DNA of 24,000 nucleotides from Antrihabitans stalagmiti (GCF_016482825.1 NZ_JAEMNV010000005.1:96921-120920), one strand, 5' to 3'; shown: positions 16,121 to 24,000, counted from the first letter of the stretch. Numbers and translations: made by a program. The notes: generated by a model from the letters alone, not told the origin.

Positions 16121-16170
16121 CCTAAACAAAAGCACCTGTGCCCGACCGGTTTACCGGTCGGGCACAGGTG
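16121..16170 (-). terminator. Rho-independent terminator of the porin gene
   Basis: A 17-bp perfect stem spans 16133..16149 and 16154..16170 (CACCTGTGCCCGACCGG / CCGGTCGGGCACAGGTG). On the minus strand it is followed by CTTTTGTTT. Confidence 0.85.
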
Positions 16171-16195
16171 TTACTTATGTGGTGGAGCTAGCCGA

Positions 16196-16840
16196 TCAGT
16201 TACGGAAGATCGGGCCGTATGCAACGACCGTGTCGCCGGCTGCACTGACAACCTTGACGTACGGGCGGATGCTCGTGACGCCGAGGACGCCGGTGACGGT
16301 GCCCTGGAAGTTGGAGAGTGCGATGTCGCCTTCGGCACCGGAGATGCTGCCTTCAGCGGCCGGGACGTCGACGATGCCGGGGCCGAAGCCGACCTCCATG
16401 TCGAAGCCCGGAAGCGGAATGATGTCACCGATTGTCAAGACGGCACTTTCTCCGACCTCGAGGTCGAGGCCGGGGTTCCAACCGAAGTTGATGCTGCCGT
16501 CGAACGTTGCCGGGTAGCCGACCTGGTAGCCGATGGTGATGGTGCCTTCGAAGTCTGCGGCGTCGGGGCCTTCGACCTTGAACGCTGCGCGACCGTTGTG
16601 GAACCACTCACGTGTGAGCGGGTTGCCGTCGAGCGGGGGCACGAACTGAATGAACGTGTCCGCTGTGATTGCTTCGATGCGGTTGCCCTTGAAGTCGACA
16701 ACGCTGTTGGAGCCGTCGACGGCGGCGGACGCAGCGCCGCTGTTACCGAGCGCCAAAGCGGCGGCGGCAACAGTTGCGAGCGCCATGCCCCGAACGAAAC
16801 CCAATCCGCGGCGACGCCGCGGCGTACGAATATCCGTCAT
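16196..16840 (-). CDS. MspA-family porin, 214 aa
   Basis: There is strong recalled similarity to M. smegmatis MspA (PLDGNPLTREWFHNGRAAFKVEGPDAADFEGTITIGYQVGYP versus PLDRNRLTREWFHSGRAKYIVAGPGADEFEGTLELGYQIGFP). It has an Arg-rich signal peptide, and GAGGG lies 4 nt before the ATG. Confidence 0.9.
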   Translation of the reverse strand: MTDIRTPRRRRGLGFVRGMALATVAAAALALGNSGAASAAVDGSNSVVDFKGNRIEAITADTFIQFVPPLDGNPLTREWFHNGRAAFKVEGPDAADFEGTITIGYQVGYPATFDGSINFGWNPGLDLEVGESAVLTIGDIIPLPGFDMEVGFGPGIVDVPAAEGSISGAEGDIALSNFQGTVTGVLGVTSIRPYVKVVSAAGDTVVAYGPIFRN

Positions 16841-16927
16841 TTACCCTCATCCGTTCATTTGATGCCGCACCGAGTGCGGCCCCAACCACGACTCTCGAGG
16901 TTGGCGAGTGGTCCCTTGGGGCCCAGC

Positions 16928-16953
16928 GAAAGTATTACGGCGAAGTATTACGG
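16928..16953 (-). repeat. 13-bp tandem repeat (two good copies plus a degenerate third to 16966) upstream of the porin gene
   Basis: The plus strand reads gaAAGTATTACGG cgAAGTATTACGG aaAAGTTACAtcc. On the porin sense strand this is CCGTAATACTT twice. It lies 88-126 nt upstream of the ATG at 16840. Confidence 0.8.
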
Positions 16954-17288
16954 AAAAGTTACATCCCGCAAACTCGTCGCAAACGCTGGTACGGCGAGAT
17001 CGAGCCTGATCCCACTGTGACCGATGCGCAAGAACACACATCAGCCCTCCAAATAGCTAAGTACTGACTCGAGAGGGACACTAACGGTCGGATAACGGCG
17101 AGGCAACGCGGCGGCATCTGGGCCGTATGTGATCTACATCACATTGTCGTTGGAACATACATTCCCGGCCGGGGGTAAACGGCTCGGAGTGATCTTGATC
17201 AACACTCTTACCTGGCAGTTCATCTGCTGTACACATTACGACGCTAAAAGCAACAAAAGCCGAAAAACCGTCCGCTGAAATCGCTCGG

Positions 17289-17417
17289 TCAGCCGTGATG
17301 CGGGGGAATCTGACTGCGTAGCCAATCGTCGCCGTCGCCCGAACGCGGTTCGTCGCCGTCGTTTCGCTCGTCGCGCGTCACGTCCGGCAGTACATCTCCG
17401 AAGACCTTCGCTAACAA
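17289..17417 (-). CDS. Possible small acidic protein, 42 aa (below the ORF-track size cut-off)
   Basis: The hand translation from TTG 17417 is MLAKVFGDVLPDVTRDERNDGDEPRSGDGDDWLRSQIPPHHG*. About 30 of 42 codons end in G/C. There is no convincing SD, and the start is uncertain (GTG 17381 is also possible). Confidence 0.3.
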   Translation of the reverse strand: MLAKVFGDVLPDVTRDERNDGDEPRSGDGDDWLRSQIPPHHG

Positions 17418-17421
17418 AGCG

Positions 17422-17460
17422 CGATCGACCGGAGGACGCGTGGCATCCTCCGGTCGATCG
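17422..17460 (-). terminator. 15-bp perfect inverted repeat downstream of moaB2; possible factor-independent terminator or operator
   Basis: CGATCGACCGGAGGA-cgcgtggca-TCCTCCGGTCGATCG. It lies about 70 nt after the moaB2 stop. On the minus strand it is followed by GCGCTTTGTT, which is only weakly U-rich. Confidence 0.45.
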
Positions 17461-17529
17461 GCGTCGCTATTTTCGGAAATTGTTTTCTCCGTTTTTGCTA
17501 CTGCGGATAACTGCTATCCGGCGTTATAA

Positions 17530-18111
17530 CTACTCGGCCAAGCCGGACAATTCCCCGATTACATGGGTCGCCAGTGGCGTCAACGTAGCCATACCGTCGC
17601 GAATTGCCGCACGTGAACCGGCAAGATTTACGACCAGAGTGCTTCCGGACACACCGACGAGTCCACGCGACAACCCGGCGTCGAGTGCTCCTGCCGCCAA
17701 GCCGGAGGACCGAATCGCCTCGCTGATGCCGAGCAATTCGCGGTCGAGGACGTCCGCGGTCGCGTCGGGCGTCACGTCGCGCGGGGATACCCCCGTGCCA
17801 CCGACGGAAATCACCAGGTCGACACCCCCGATGACGGCGGTGTTGAGCGCGTTCCGGATTTCCACCTCGTCGGCAGCGACGACGACCGTCGCGTCGACGA
17901 GGAAACCCGCTTCGTCGAGCAACTCGGTGACCAGCGGTCCGGTGCTGTTGGACGAGCCGCCGTGAGCGGTCCGGTCGTCGACTATGACTACGAGTGCGCG
18001 GCCTGCGACCGGGGCATCGATTTCCATGATGCCTACCGTAGTAGCACCGCTGTTTCGGGTATCGAACTGCCCGGAGATCGTCATTCGGGTTGGTTGAGAG
18101 ATCCGCATCAT
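17530..18111 (-). CDS. moaB2: MoaB/MogA-family molybdenum cofactor biosynthesis protein (MoaB2-like), 193 aa
   Basis: GRALVVIVDDRTAHG...VEIRNALNTAVIGGVDLVISVGGTGVSPRDVTP...LVVNLAGS matches my recollection of Rv0984 closely. The ATG at 18111 overlaps the pepD stop (ATGA). The alternative start, ATG 18027 (MEIDAPV...), fits the homolog N-terminus. Confidence 0.85.
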   Translation of the reverse strand: MMRISQPTRMTISGQFDTRNSGATTVGIMEIDAPVAGRALVVIVDDRTAHGGSSNSTGPLVTELLDEAGFLVDATVVVAADEVEIRNALNTAVIGGVDLVISVGGTGVSPRDVTPDATADVLDRELLGISEAIRSSGLAAGALDAGLSRGLVGVSGSTLVVNLAGSRAAIRDGMATLTPLATHVIGELSGLAE

Positions 18112-19541
18112 CGGCCGCCTTCTGCTGGTGCCTCGTCGAGTGTGACCTCGACGGACTTTTCGTTTCCACCGCGATCGTCGGTGTAGGTGATCTGAACTTT
18201 GTCTCCGGGAGAGTGCGAACGGATGGCCGCGATCAGTGCGTCACCGGCGTCGATGCGGCGATCGTCGACCTTGGTGATCACCGCACCCTTCGGGATTCCG
18301 GCCTTTTCTGCAGCGCCGCCCTTGGTGACCTCCATGACGCGAGCACCGTTGGCGTCGTCGGCCGATGGCACCTGCAATCCGATCAGCGCGTGCGTCGCCT
18401 TGCCTGTCTTGATCAGTTCGTCGGCAATCCGGCGCGCGTTGTCGACCGGTATGGCGAAGCCGAGGCCGATGGATCCGCTCTGCGTTTCCTGACCCTGTCC
18501 CCCACCGAGCGTCGCGATGGCGGTGTTGATGCCGATCAGCTTGCCGTTCATGTCGACGAGAGCCCCGCCCGAATTACCGGGGTTGATCGCCGCATCGGTC
18601 TGAACGGCGTCGATCACCGTGTTCTGGTTGCCGGATTCACCGCTGGTCGAGACCGGACGATTGAGCGACGACACGATGCCCGTCGTGACTGTTCCTGCCA
18701 GCCCGAGCGGTGACCCGATGGCCACGACCTGCTGGCCGACCTGCAGCGCGTTGGAGTCACCGAGTTCGATCGGTCGCAGGTCCGTCTTACCGTCGACCTT
18801 GACGACCGCGATGTCCGCGACGGGGTCCGCGCCTACGAGCTTGGCGGCAGCTTGCGAGCCGTCGGCGAACGCGACGGTCAGTTTGCCGTCCGGGCCTGCG
18901 CCTGTCGCGACATGATTGTTGGTGAGGATGAGGCCGTCGTTGGACAGGACGACGCCCGACCCTTCGCCTTCTTGTCGGTCGCCCGCGATCTTGATCATGA
19001 CCACGCTTGGCAAAACCTTGTCCGCAACAGCCTGGACGGAACCGGCAGGGACGTTGATCGCCGGACTCGTTCCCGATTTGGGTACGTCGAGGGCGTTCGT
19101 CGCGGCAGAGGCCGAGGACGGTGCGGAGTCGGAATCGGTCGCGAGCACACCGACCGCTCCGCCGACGCCGCCGCTGACCAGTGCCAGCGCCAAGGCGCCT
19201 GCAAACAATCCGGCCCGGCCGGACCTGCGCTTGCCTTGTGCGGGGATCTGCTGAGGTCCGGTGTGCTGGGGTCCGACGTGTTGCTGGCCGGTCTGAAACT
19301 GCGCCCGATACTGCGAGTCGTGCTCCTGGTACGCAGCGGGGATCTGCTCGGTGGGCCGGTGGTTCTGCTGGTAGCCCGTACGCGGCTGCTCGTAGCCACC
19401 GGTGTTCGCATGCTGCTGGTAGCCGCCGTAACCGGCCACAGGCGTGTTCGGCTGTGCGTAGCCGCCCTGCTGCTCGAAGCGCTGGCGATCCGCTGCGGCG
19501 TCACCGCCGGAGAATCCGTCACCCGTCCGATCGTCGGTCAT
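18108..19541 (-). CDS. pepD: HtrA-family membrane serine protease PepD, 477 aa
   Basis: Taken from ORF 18108..19739. The ATG at 19541 is preceded by GAAAGCAGGA. It has a Q/G/Y-rich cytosolic N-terminus, one TM segment, the catalytic motifs TNNHV, DIAVVKV and GNSGGAL, and a C-terminal PDZ domain. It lies downstream of mprAB, as Rv0983 does. Confidence 0.9.
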   Translation of the reverse strand: MTDDRTGDGFSGGDAAADRQRFEQQGGYAQPNTPVAGYGGYQQHANTGGYEQPRTGYQQNHRPTEQIPAAYQEHDSQYRAQFQTGQQHVGPQHTGPQQIPAQGKRRSGRAGLFAGALALALVSGGVGGAVGVLATDSDSAPSSASAATNALDVPKSGTSPAINVPAGSVQAVADKVLPSVVMIKIAGDRQEGEGSGVVLSNDGLILTNNHVATGAGPDGKLTVAFADGSQAAAKLVGADPVADIAVVKVDGKTDLRPIELGDSNALQVGQQVVAIGSPLGLAGTVTTGIVSSLNRPVSTSGESGNQNTVIDAVQTDAAINPGNSGGALVDMNGKLIGINTAIATLGGGQGQETQSGSIGLGFAIPVDNARRIADELIKTGKATHALIGLQVPSADDANGARVMEVTKGGAAEKAGIPKGAVITKVDDRRIDAGDALIAAIRSHSPGDKVQITYTDDRGGNEKSVEVTLDEAPAEGGR

Positions 19542-19645
19542 CGATCCTGCTTTCGTTGTTCCGTGTTCTCGATCGACCACTGATCGACCCATTTCGTTAC
19601 CGGGAGCCATACCCGGTGTTGTCTGTTGCCAAGCCTGTCGGGTGC

Positions 19646-19664
19646 TGCTGAGAAGGAACTGAGA
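19646..19664 (-). promoter_or_regulatory. Putative MprA box upstream of pepD
   Basis: The minus strand reads TCTCAGtt-cct-TCTCAGca, two 8-bp direct repeats separated by 3 nt. A third TCTCGG lies 22 nt further upstream, in the same 11-bp phase. The site is about 105-123 nt upstream of the pepD ATG. Confidence 0.55.
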
Positions 19665-19743
19665 CCGACCTATCAGTTTGCCGAGACTCTGATTCCGAGG
19701 CTTGTCCGAGACGCCGTTTTCCCAGCCCCGACCCCCCACAGCC

Positions 19744-21252
19744 TCAGGTGTCTTCGTCGGCGATCAGGTCGTCGGGATCGATTTCGCCAGGCAGCACGAT
19801 GCGGATCAGTGCGCCACCACGCTCGGAGGTGTCGATTGCAATAGTGCCGCCGTGCTTGACGACGACCTGCCGCACTATCGCGAGTCCGAGACCGGACCCC
19901 GGCATCGATCGTGACGCCATCGTTCGATAGAACCGCTCGAAGACGAGTTCGCGTTCGGCCGGCGGTATGCCGGGTCCAGCGTCGTCGACGGTGAACTCGA
20001 GCAGACCGTCGCCGATTCGCCGCATGACCGCACGAACCTGCTCGCCGGGTGGACTCCATTTGGCCGCGTTGTCGAGGACGTTGAGCACGGCCCGCTGCAG
20101 CCCGGCCTCGTGGCCGTAGACGAACCACGGCGAAAGCTCGGCGGTGAACTCGATCTCGTTGCGGCGCCTGCGAGCGCGTTCGAGCGCCCGCTCGATCACG
20201 TCGCCCATGTCGACCCGCTCGTAGACCGTCTCCGGTGCGTCCTCGCGAGCGAGGTCGACCAAATCGCCTACGAGCGTGGACAATTCCTCGATCTGGGCCA
20301 TGACGTCGAGACGTAGCTCGGCCATGTCGTCGGCCGGAATGCTCGGTGCTCCAGGCTTGGACGATGCGATCAGCAGTTCCATGTTGGTCCGCAGCGAGGT
20401 CAGCGGTGTGCGCAGTTCGTGGCCCGCGTCGGCGACGAGTCGACTCTGGCGATCGCGCGACTCGGCGAGCGCACGCAGCATGGTGTTGAAACTCTCTGTC
20501 AGCCTTGCCAATTCGTCGTTGCCGGTGACCGGGATCGGGGTCAGATCGTCGGTCCGCGCAACTCTTTCCGCGGCCGCGGTGAGACGTCCGATCGGTCGCA
20601 GACCGGTTCTACCGACAGCGGTACCCGCGACGGCAGCAAGAACGACTCCGCAGCCGCCGACGACGAACAGGACCCACGCGAGCCTGTCGAGCACGGCACC
20701 CGTCGGCTCCAACCGCTGCGCGATCACCAGGGTGCTACCGGTGTTGGTCCGGGCGGTCATCACTCGTTGCCCGTCGACGGTGTGCAGCGAAAACTCCTGT
20801 TCGCCCTTGGCCACTGCCATCTCGTCGGCACCGATCGGTGCGTTCGATCCCGGCGGCATGTAGACGTTGAGGTCGGGAAAGATCAGGGCGACGCTGATGT
20901 CTTTCGAGTAGTACGTCGCGACGGCGACGTACCGGACGTCCAGTGCGTCGAGGTTGTTGTCGATGAGCGTCGCGGCGCGGGTTCGTAGTTGCGAGTCGAC
21001 GTCGGCGTAGAGGGCCCGTGCGACGACCGCGTAGGCGGCGATCGCCATGACGGCGACGGCGATCGCCACCACCGACGCGGCAAGCAACGTCACGCGCCAG
21101 CGCAGCGACACCGACCGCGTGAGCGGCATCGGCGGACGCATTTCGGTCGATCCAGCCCGACCGGGCGCGCCGGAACCGTCGGGCAGACCGAGTAGGTGCT
21201 GCGGTTCGGCTCCGGACCGACGGTCGGAGATCGAGTGTGGGGTGAATCTCAC
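19744..21252 (-). CDS. mprB: Two-component sensor histidine kinase MprB, 502 aa
   Basis: It has two TM segments, a HAMP domain, an H-box (HELRTPLTSLRTN), and N and G boxes (DNAAKWSPPG, GSGLGLAIV). It is close to recalled Rv0982 along its whole length. The start is GTG 21252 or ATG 21141. Confidence 0.9.
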   Translation of the reverse strand: MRFTPHSISDRRSGAEPQHLLGLPDGSGAPGRAGSTEMRPPMPLTRSVSLRWRVTLLAASVVAIAVAVMAIAAYAVVARALYADVDSQLRTRAATLIDNNLDALDVRYVAVATYYSKDISVALIFPDLNVYMPPGSNAPIGADEMAVAKGEQEFSLHTVDGQRVMTARTNTGSTLVIAQRLEPTGAVLDRLAWVLFVVGGCGVVLAAVAGTAVGRTGLRPIGRLTAAAERVARTDDLTPIPVTGNDELARLTESFNTMLRALAESRDRQSRLVADAGHELRTPLTSLRTNMELLIASSKPGAPSIPADDMAELRLDVMAQIEELSTLVGDLVDLAREDAPETVYERVDMGDVIERALERARRRRNEIEFTAELSPWFVYGHEAGLQRAVLNVLDNAAKWSPPGEQVRAVMRRIGDGLLEFTVDDAGPGIPPAERELVFERFYRTMASRSMPGSGLGLAIVRQVVVKHGGTIAIDTSERGGALIRIVLPGEIDPDDLIADEDT

Positions 21253-21265
21253 TGTTCGATCGACC

Positions 21266-21952
21266 TCACGGTGGGGTCTCCCGAAGGACGTAGCCGACGC
21301 CGCGGACGGTGTGAATGAGCCGCGGTTCGCCGTCCGCTTCGGTCTTGCGGCGCAGGTATCCGACGTAGACCTCCAACGCGTTCCCCGAGGTCGGGAAGTC
21401 GTAGCCCCACACCTCCTCGAGGATGCGGCTGCGGGTGAGGACTCGACGTGGATTGGCGAGCAACATCTCCAGCAGCGAGAACTCGGTGCGGGTCAGGCTG
21501 ATCGATCGAGTGCCTCTGGTGACCTCACGTGTGACCGGATCGAGCCCGAGGTCCGCGAATTGCATTGCCTCCGAATCGATACCGGCGTCCGGTGCCGCGC
21601 GGCGCAGCAGTGCGCGTAGCCGCGCGAGCAACTCTTCGAGTGCGAACGGTTTCGGGAGGTAATCGTCGGCACCCGCGTCGAGTCCGGCGACCCGTTCGGA
21701 TACCGAATCACGGGCCGTCAGCACCAGAATCGGCAGATCGTCGCCCGTGCTGCGGAGTCGTCGGCACACTTCCAGCCCGTCGAGCTTCGGCATCATCACG
21801 TCCAGGACCAGCGCATCAGGGCGAGAAGCGTTCGTTTTGTCGAGTGCATCGACGCCGTCGACCGCGAGGTCGACGGTATAGCCGTTGAACGTCAGCGAGC
21901 GGCGCAGTGACTCGCGCACCGCCCGATCGTCGTCGACAACCAATATGCGCAT
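21266..21952 (-). CDS. mprA: OmpR-family response regulator MprA, 228 aa
   Basis: Taken from ORF 21266..22459. The true start is the ATG at 21952 ([16 protein letters not shown]), verified by hand. The upstream 169 codons are Arg-rich and overlap the TRIC gene. The C-terminus is a winged helix ([13 protein letters not shown]). Confidence 0.93.
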   Translation of the reverse strand: MRILVVDDDRAVRESLRRSLTFNGYTVDLAVDGVDALDKTNASRPDALVLDVMMPKLDGLEVCRRLRSTGDDLPILVLTARDSVSERVAGLDAGADDYLPKPFALEELLARLRALLRRAAPDAGIDSEAMQFADLGLDPVTREVTRGTRSISLTRTEFSLLEMLLANPRRVLTRSRILEEVWGYDFPTSGNALEVYVGYLRRKTEADGEPRLIHTVRGVGYVLRETPP

Positions 21953-21972
21953 GTCAACAGTGTGTACTGCGC

Positions 21973-21991
21973 TACTGAGATATGGCTGAGA
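21973..21991 (-). promoter_or_regulatory. Putative MprA box (autoregulation) upstream of mprA
   Basis: The minus strand reads TCTCAGcc-ata-TCTCAGta, two 8-bp direct repeats separated by 3 nt. It ends 21 nt upstream of the mprA ATG. Confidence 0.55.
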
Positions 21992-22032
21992 ACGTGCCGG
22001 TCGAGCGGAGCGAGGGGGGAATGTCACGCTCA

Positions 22033-22641
22033 CTAGTCCTTCACCCTCGCGCGCGGTAGTTGCCAGCGCTGCCATAGTGCGAGGCAGCGTAGCCCGGTCG
22101 CCGCGGCCGTCCCTGCGATCAACGAGATACCTTGCGGCAGGTCGATGCTCTCGCAGACAACCACCAGCAACGCGCCGAGTAGCGCGGGCAGAGCGTAGAG
22201 GTCGCGTTGTAGGAGGAGCGGCACCTCGTTGACGAGCATGTCGCGGATGACCCCGCCGCCGATCGCGGCTGTTGCACCGATCAACACTCCGCCGAGGGCG
22301 CCCGACCCGTGCTGCAGTGCGACTGTCGCCCCACCCGCCGCGAACAGTCCCATCCCGAGTGCGTCGAAAAGGACTACGGCACTCCAGATTCGGTCGAGGA
22401 CGGGGTGGGCGAAGAAGACGACCAACGACGTCGCGACCGACGCGGTGATGTTCGGCCATTTCGACAGCGAGTCGGGTGGATGCACCCCGAGCAGGAGGTC
22501 GCGGAGAATGCCGCCGCCGATGCCCGTGGTGGCGCCGACGACGCAGATCCCGAAGACGTCGAGTTGCTTGCGGACGCCGACGAGCGCACCCGATGCCGCA
22601 AAGGCGACGATGCCGACGATGTTGAGGATCTGCAGCAGCAC
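22033..22641 (-). CDS. TRIC-family (UPF0126, YadS/YicG-like) cation channel membrane protein, 202 aa
   Basis: Two internal repeats each carry the signature G-G-G-x-x-R-D ([15 protein letters not shown] and [16 protein letters not shown]). There are seven hydrophobic segments. The start is GTG. Confidence 0.85.
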   Translation of the reverse strand: MLLQILNIVGIVAFAASGALVGVRKQLDVFGICVVGATTGIGGGILRDLLLGVHPPDSLSKWPNITASVATSLVVFFAHPVLDRIWSAVVLFDALGMGLFAAGGATVALQHGSGALGGVLIGATAAIGGGVIRDMLVNEVPLLLQRDLYALPALLGALLVVVCESIDLPQGISLIAGTAAATGLRCLALWQRWQLPRARVKD

Positions 22642-22662
22642 CGGGTCAGCGTATGCCGAGCG

Positions 22663-22839
22663 TCAGGTGAGCCGGTCCAGGTCGACCAACCCGAGTTCGA
22701 CGGCCTTCACCAGCCGGCGTGGCACCTTGTGCGCGATACCCCCGACGCGGACCTCGACGAGTGCGGGGTTGTTCGCCTTCCACTGCGATCGGCGGCTGCG
22801 GGTGTTCGACCGCGACATCTTCCGCTTAGGAACTGCCAT
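22663..22839 (-). CDS. rpmF: 50S ribosomal protein L32 (Cys-less form), 58 aa
   Basis: Taken from ORF 22663..22911. The ATG at 22839 gives [22 protein letters not shown]. There are no CxxC motifs. This is the Rv0979A position. Confidence 0.93.
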   Translation of the reverse strand: MAVPKRKMSRSNTRSRRSQWKANNPALVEVRVGGIAHKVPRRLVKAVELGLVDLDRLT

Positions 22840-23089
22840 GGGGACGCCTCCGTCCGTACTTGCGCTCGAACTTCTCGACCCGTCCCGCGGTGTCCATGAT
22901 CCGCTGCGCACCGGTCCAGAACGGGTGCGACTCCGCGGTGACGTCGACGATCACGAGTGGGTAGGTGTTGCCGTCGGTCCAGTCGACGGTCCGCTCGCTC
23001 GTGATGGTCGAACGGGTAAGGAACCGGGTCCCCGTGCCCGCGTCCTGGAAGACCACCGGATGGTAGTCGGGGTGGATGCCCTGTTTCAT
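22826..23089 (-). CDS. rpmE2: 50S ribosomal protein L31 type B (zinc-independent paralog), 87 aa
   Basis: This is the C-terminal part of ORF 22826..23764. The ATG at 23089 gives [28 protein letters not shown]...HPFWTG with no CxxC. Its stop lies 14 nt inside rpmF. Confidence 0.9.
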   Translation of the reverse strand: MKQGIHPDYHPVVFQDAGTGTRFLTRSTITSERTVDWTDGNTYPLVIVDVTAESHPFWTGAQRIMDTAGRVEKFERKYGRRRPHGSS

Positions 23090-24000
23090 GCCTGTTCCTC
23101 TCGATTGCTTTCCGAATACGGCGATTCGCTTGTCTCGCATGGATCTTCGTGCCATTGGCCGAACGGATCGGCCCAGTCCTGCCAGGTTTTCTCGTCGGCG
23201 AGTTCGTCGTCGGTGACCAGCGCCCACTGCAACGCCCTGGAGATGTCGGAGGGGTCGGCGGAGTGCACGAGCGCGATCATCGAGGTGTCGCGGTCGCCGA
23301 ATCGTTCGTCCCAGCGCATCGCGGCCATGGCAACCCGCGCCGGGTCGGCTGCTGCCTGTTCGGCGGGTGACATGGCGGCGAGCCAGGTTCCGGCACTGGC
23401 GACGCGAAGACCGCCGCCCGCTGATTCGAGCCAGAGCGCTTCGTCGGGTTGCGTCGCGACCCAGACCCGACCGCGGGCACTGACGACACCGTCGAGCAGC
23501 ACGTCGACCGCCTCGTGCAACCTGCCGGGGTGAAAGGGGCGGGTCGCGCTGAATTCGACGATCGTGACGCCGCAGTCGGTGTCGAGCGACGGTTGGCCAC
23601 GTAGCAACGGACCGTGTGCGTCGAAGACGGCACCGCGTCGCGCGTCTGCCGGCACGTGTCCGAGCAGGGCGGCAGCGTCGGGTGTCGCCCCGGCAGGAAC
23701 CCAGGTGATCGGCGCGCCGGGGGCGAGTCGCCGCAGGATCGCAAGCAACTTCGCCTGATGCCACGCGTCTGCCGGACTGCCGCTGATGACGAGCGCGTCG
23801 GCGTAGTCGACCTGTCCGACGACCAGCTGCGCGACAGTCCTGTCGTCGTCGATGCTTGCCAGCACACCACGGTCGGCGAGGGTGTCGTCACCTGTCGCGT
23901 CGACAAGCCAATCGGCGGCGTCGACGCACGTCAGGACGGCCTCGATCTTGACGTCGCGAGCGGCGGGACCGTCCAATTGCCCTACGACGCCGGTGATTTC
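23086..24000 (-). CDS. COG0523 (CobW/YjiA-type) GTPase, putative metallochaperone; the N-terminus lies beyond the right edge
   Basis: ORF 23086..23976 remains open to position 24000. CobW-like mid and C-terminal segments are present ([14 protein letters not shown]; [38 protein letters not shown]). Its stop overlaps the rpmE2 start (ATGA). Confidence 0.8.
   Translation of the reverse strand, partial: EITGVVGQLDGPAARDVKIEAVLTCVDAADWLVDATGDDTLADRGVLASIDDDRTVAQLVVGQVDYADALVISGSPADAWHQAKLLAILRRLAPGAPITWVPAGATPDAAALLGHVPADARRGAVFDAHGPLLRGQPSLDTDCGVTIVEFSATRPFHPGRLHEAVDVLLDGVVSARGRVWVATQPDEALWLESAGGGLRVASAGTWLAAMSPAEQAAADPARVAMAAMRWDERFGDRDTSMIALVHSADPSDISRALQWALVTDDELADEKTWQDWADPFGQWHEDPCETSESPYSESNREEQA

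Noticed and set aside
21953-22459. Long N-terminal extensions of the track ORFs for mprA. The same applies to the glycosyltransferase (1292..1618), moeA (11611..11727), pepD (19542..19739), GyrI-like genes and 5-FCL.
   Set aside because: The extensions are Arg/Pro-rich, overlap the upstream genes, and precede canonical family N-termini that have their own start codons and SD sequences.
22229-23533. 434-aa plus-strand ORF, plus the 312-aa minus ORF 22826..23764
   Set aside because: The first is antisense to the TRIC, rpmF, rpmE2 and GTPase genes. The second is only meaningful in its last 87 codons (L31 type B); the rest is an out-of-frame overlap with the GTPase gene.
1-24000. Search for CRISPR arrays, IS elements or transposases, integrases, toxin-antitoxin pairs and known defence-system genes
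   Set aside because: No regularly spaced repeats were seen, and no transposase, integrase, nuclease or ATPase-like ORFs in any frame. The only repeats found are the short regulatory-type ones listed above.

Overview
High-GC actinobacterial chromosome, Mycobacteriales, Rhodococcus/Nocardia-like. The core gene order mirrors M. tuberculosis Rv0979A-Rv0996 in inverted orientation: COG0523 GTPase, rpmE2, rpmF, TRIC-family channel, mprA, mprB, pepD and moaB2 on the minus strand. Then come mscL, a SAF-domain protein, an FmdB/Ruc zinc ribbon and 5-formyl-THF cyclo-ligase on the plus strand. These are followed by galU, a MoeA-type Glp, a RimJ-like GNAT, the GlpR membrane protein and tRNA-Ala(CGC) on the minus strand. 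The left end carries a minus-strand run: GAF-GGDEF-EAL protein, OFA-type MFS transporter, GT4 glycosyltransferase and the start of an SDR. Regulatory sites readable directly in the DNA are a near-perfect CIRCE upstream of the Ruc-like gene, two MprA-box-like 11-bp-phased TCTCAG repeats upstream of mprA and pepD, and several strong intrinsic terminators. Two regions are not core. (1) About 3.9 kb of AT-richer DNA (4563-8471) lies on the 3' side of tRNA-Ala. It holds two translationally coupled GyrI-like genes, an unrecognised 220-aa protein, and about 1.7 kb of gene-poor DNA with broken or orphan reading frames. (2) An insertion relative to M. tuberculosis lies between mscL and moaB2. It holds an internally duplicated secreted protein, an MspA-family porin with a long repeat-bearing upstream region, and a possible 42-codon ORF. 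The accessory segment at 4563-8471 is the best candidate for something undescribed, but I cannot assign it a function and found no integrase, CRISPR array or IS element. All calls come from reading the ORF translations and the DNA by eye; no searches were run.
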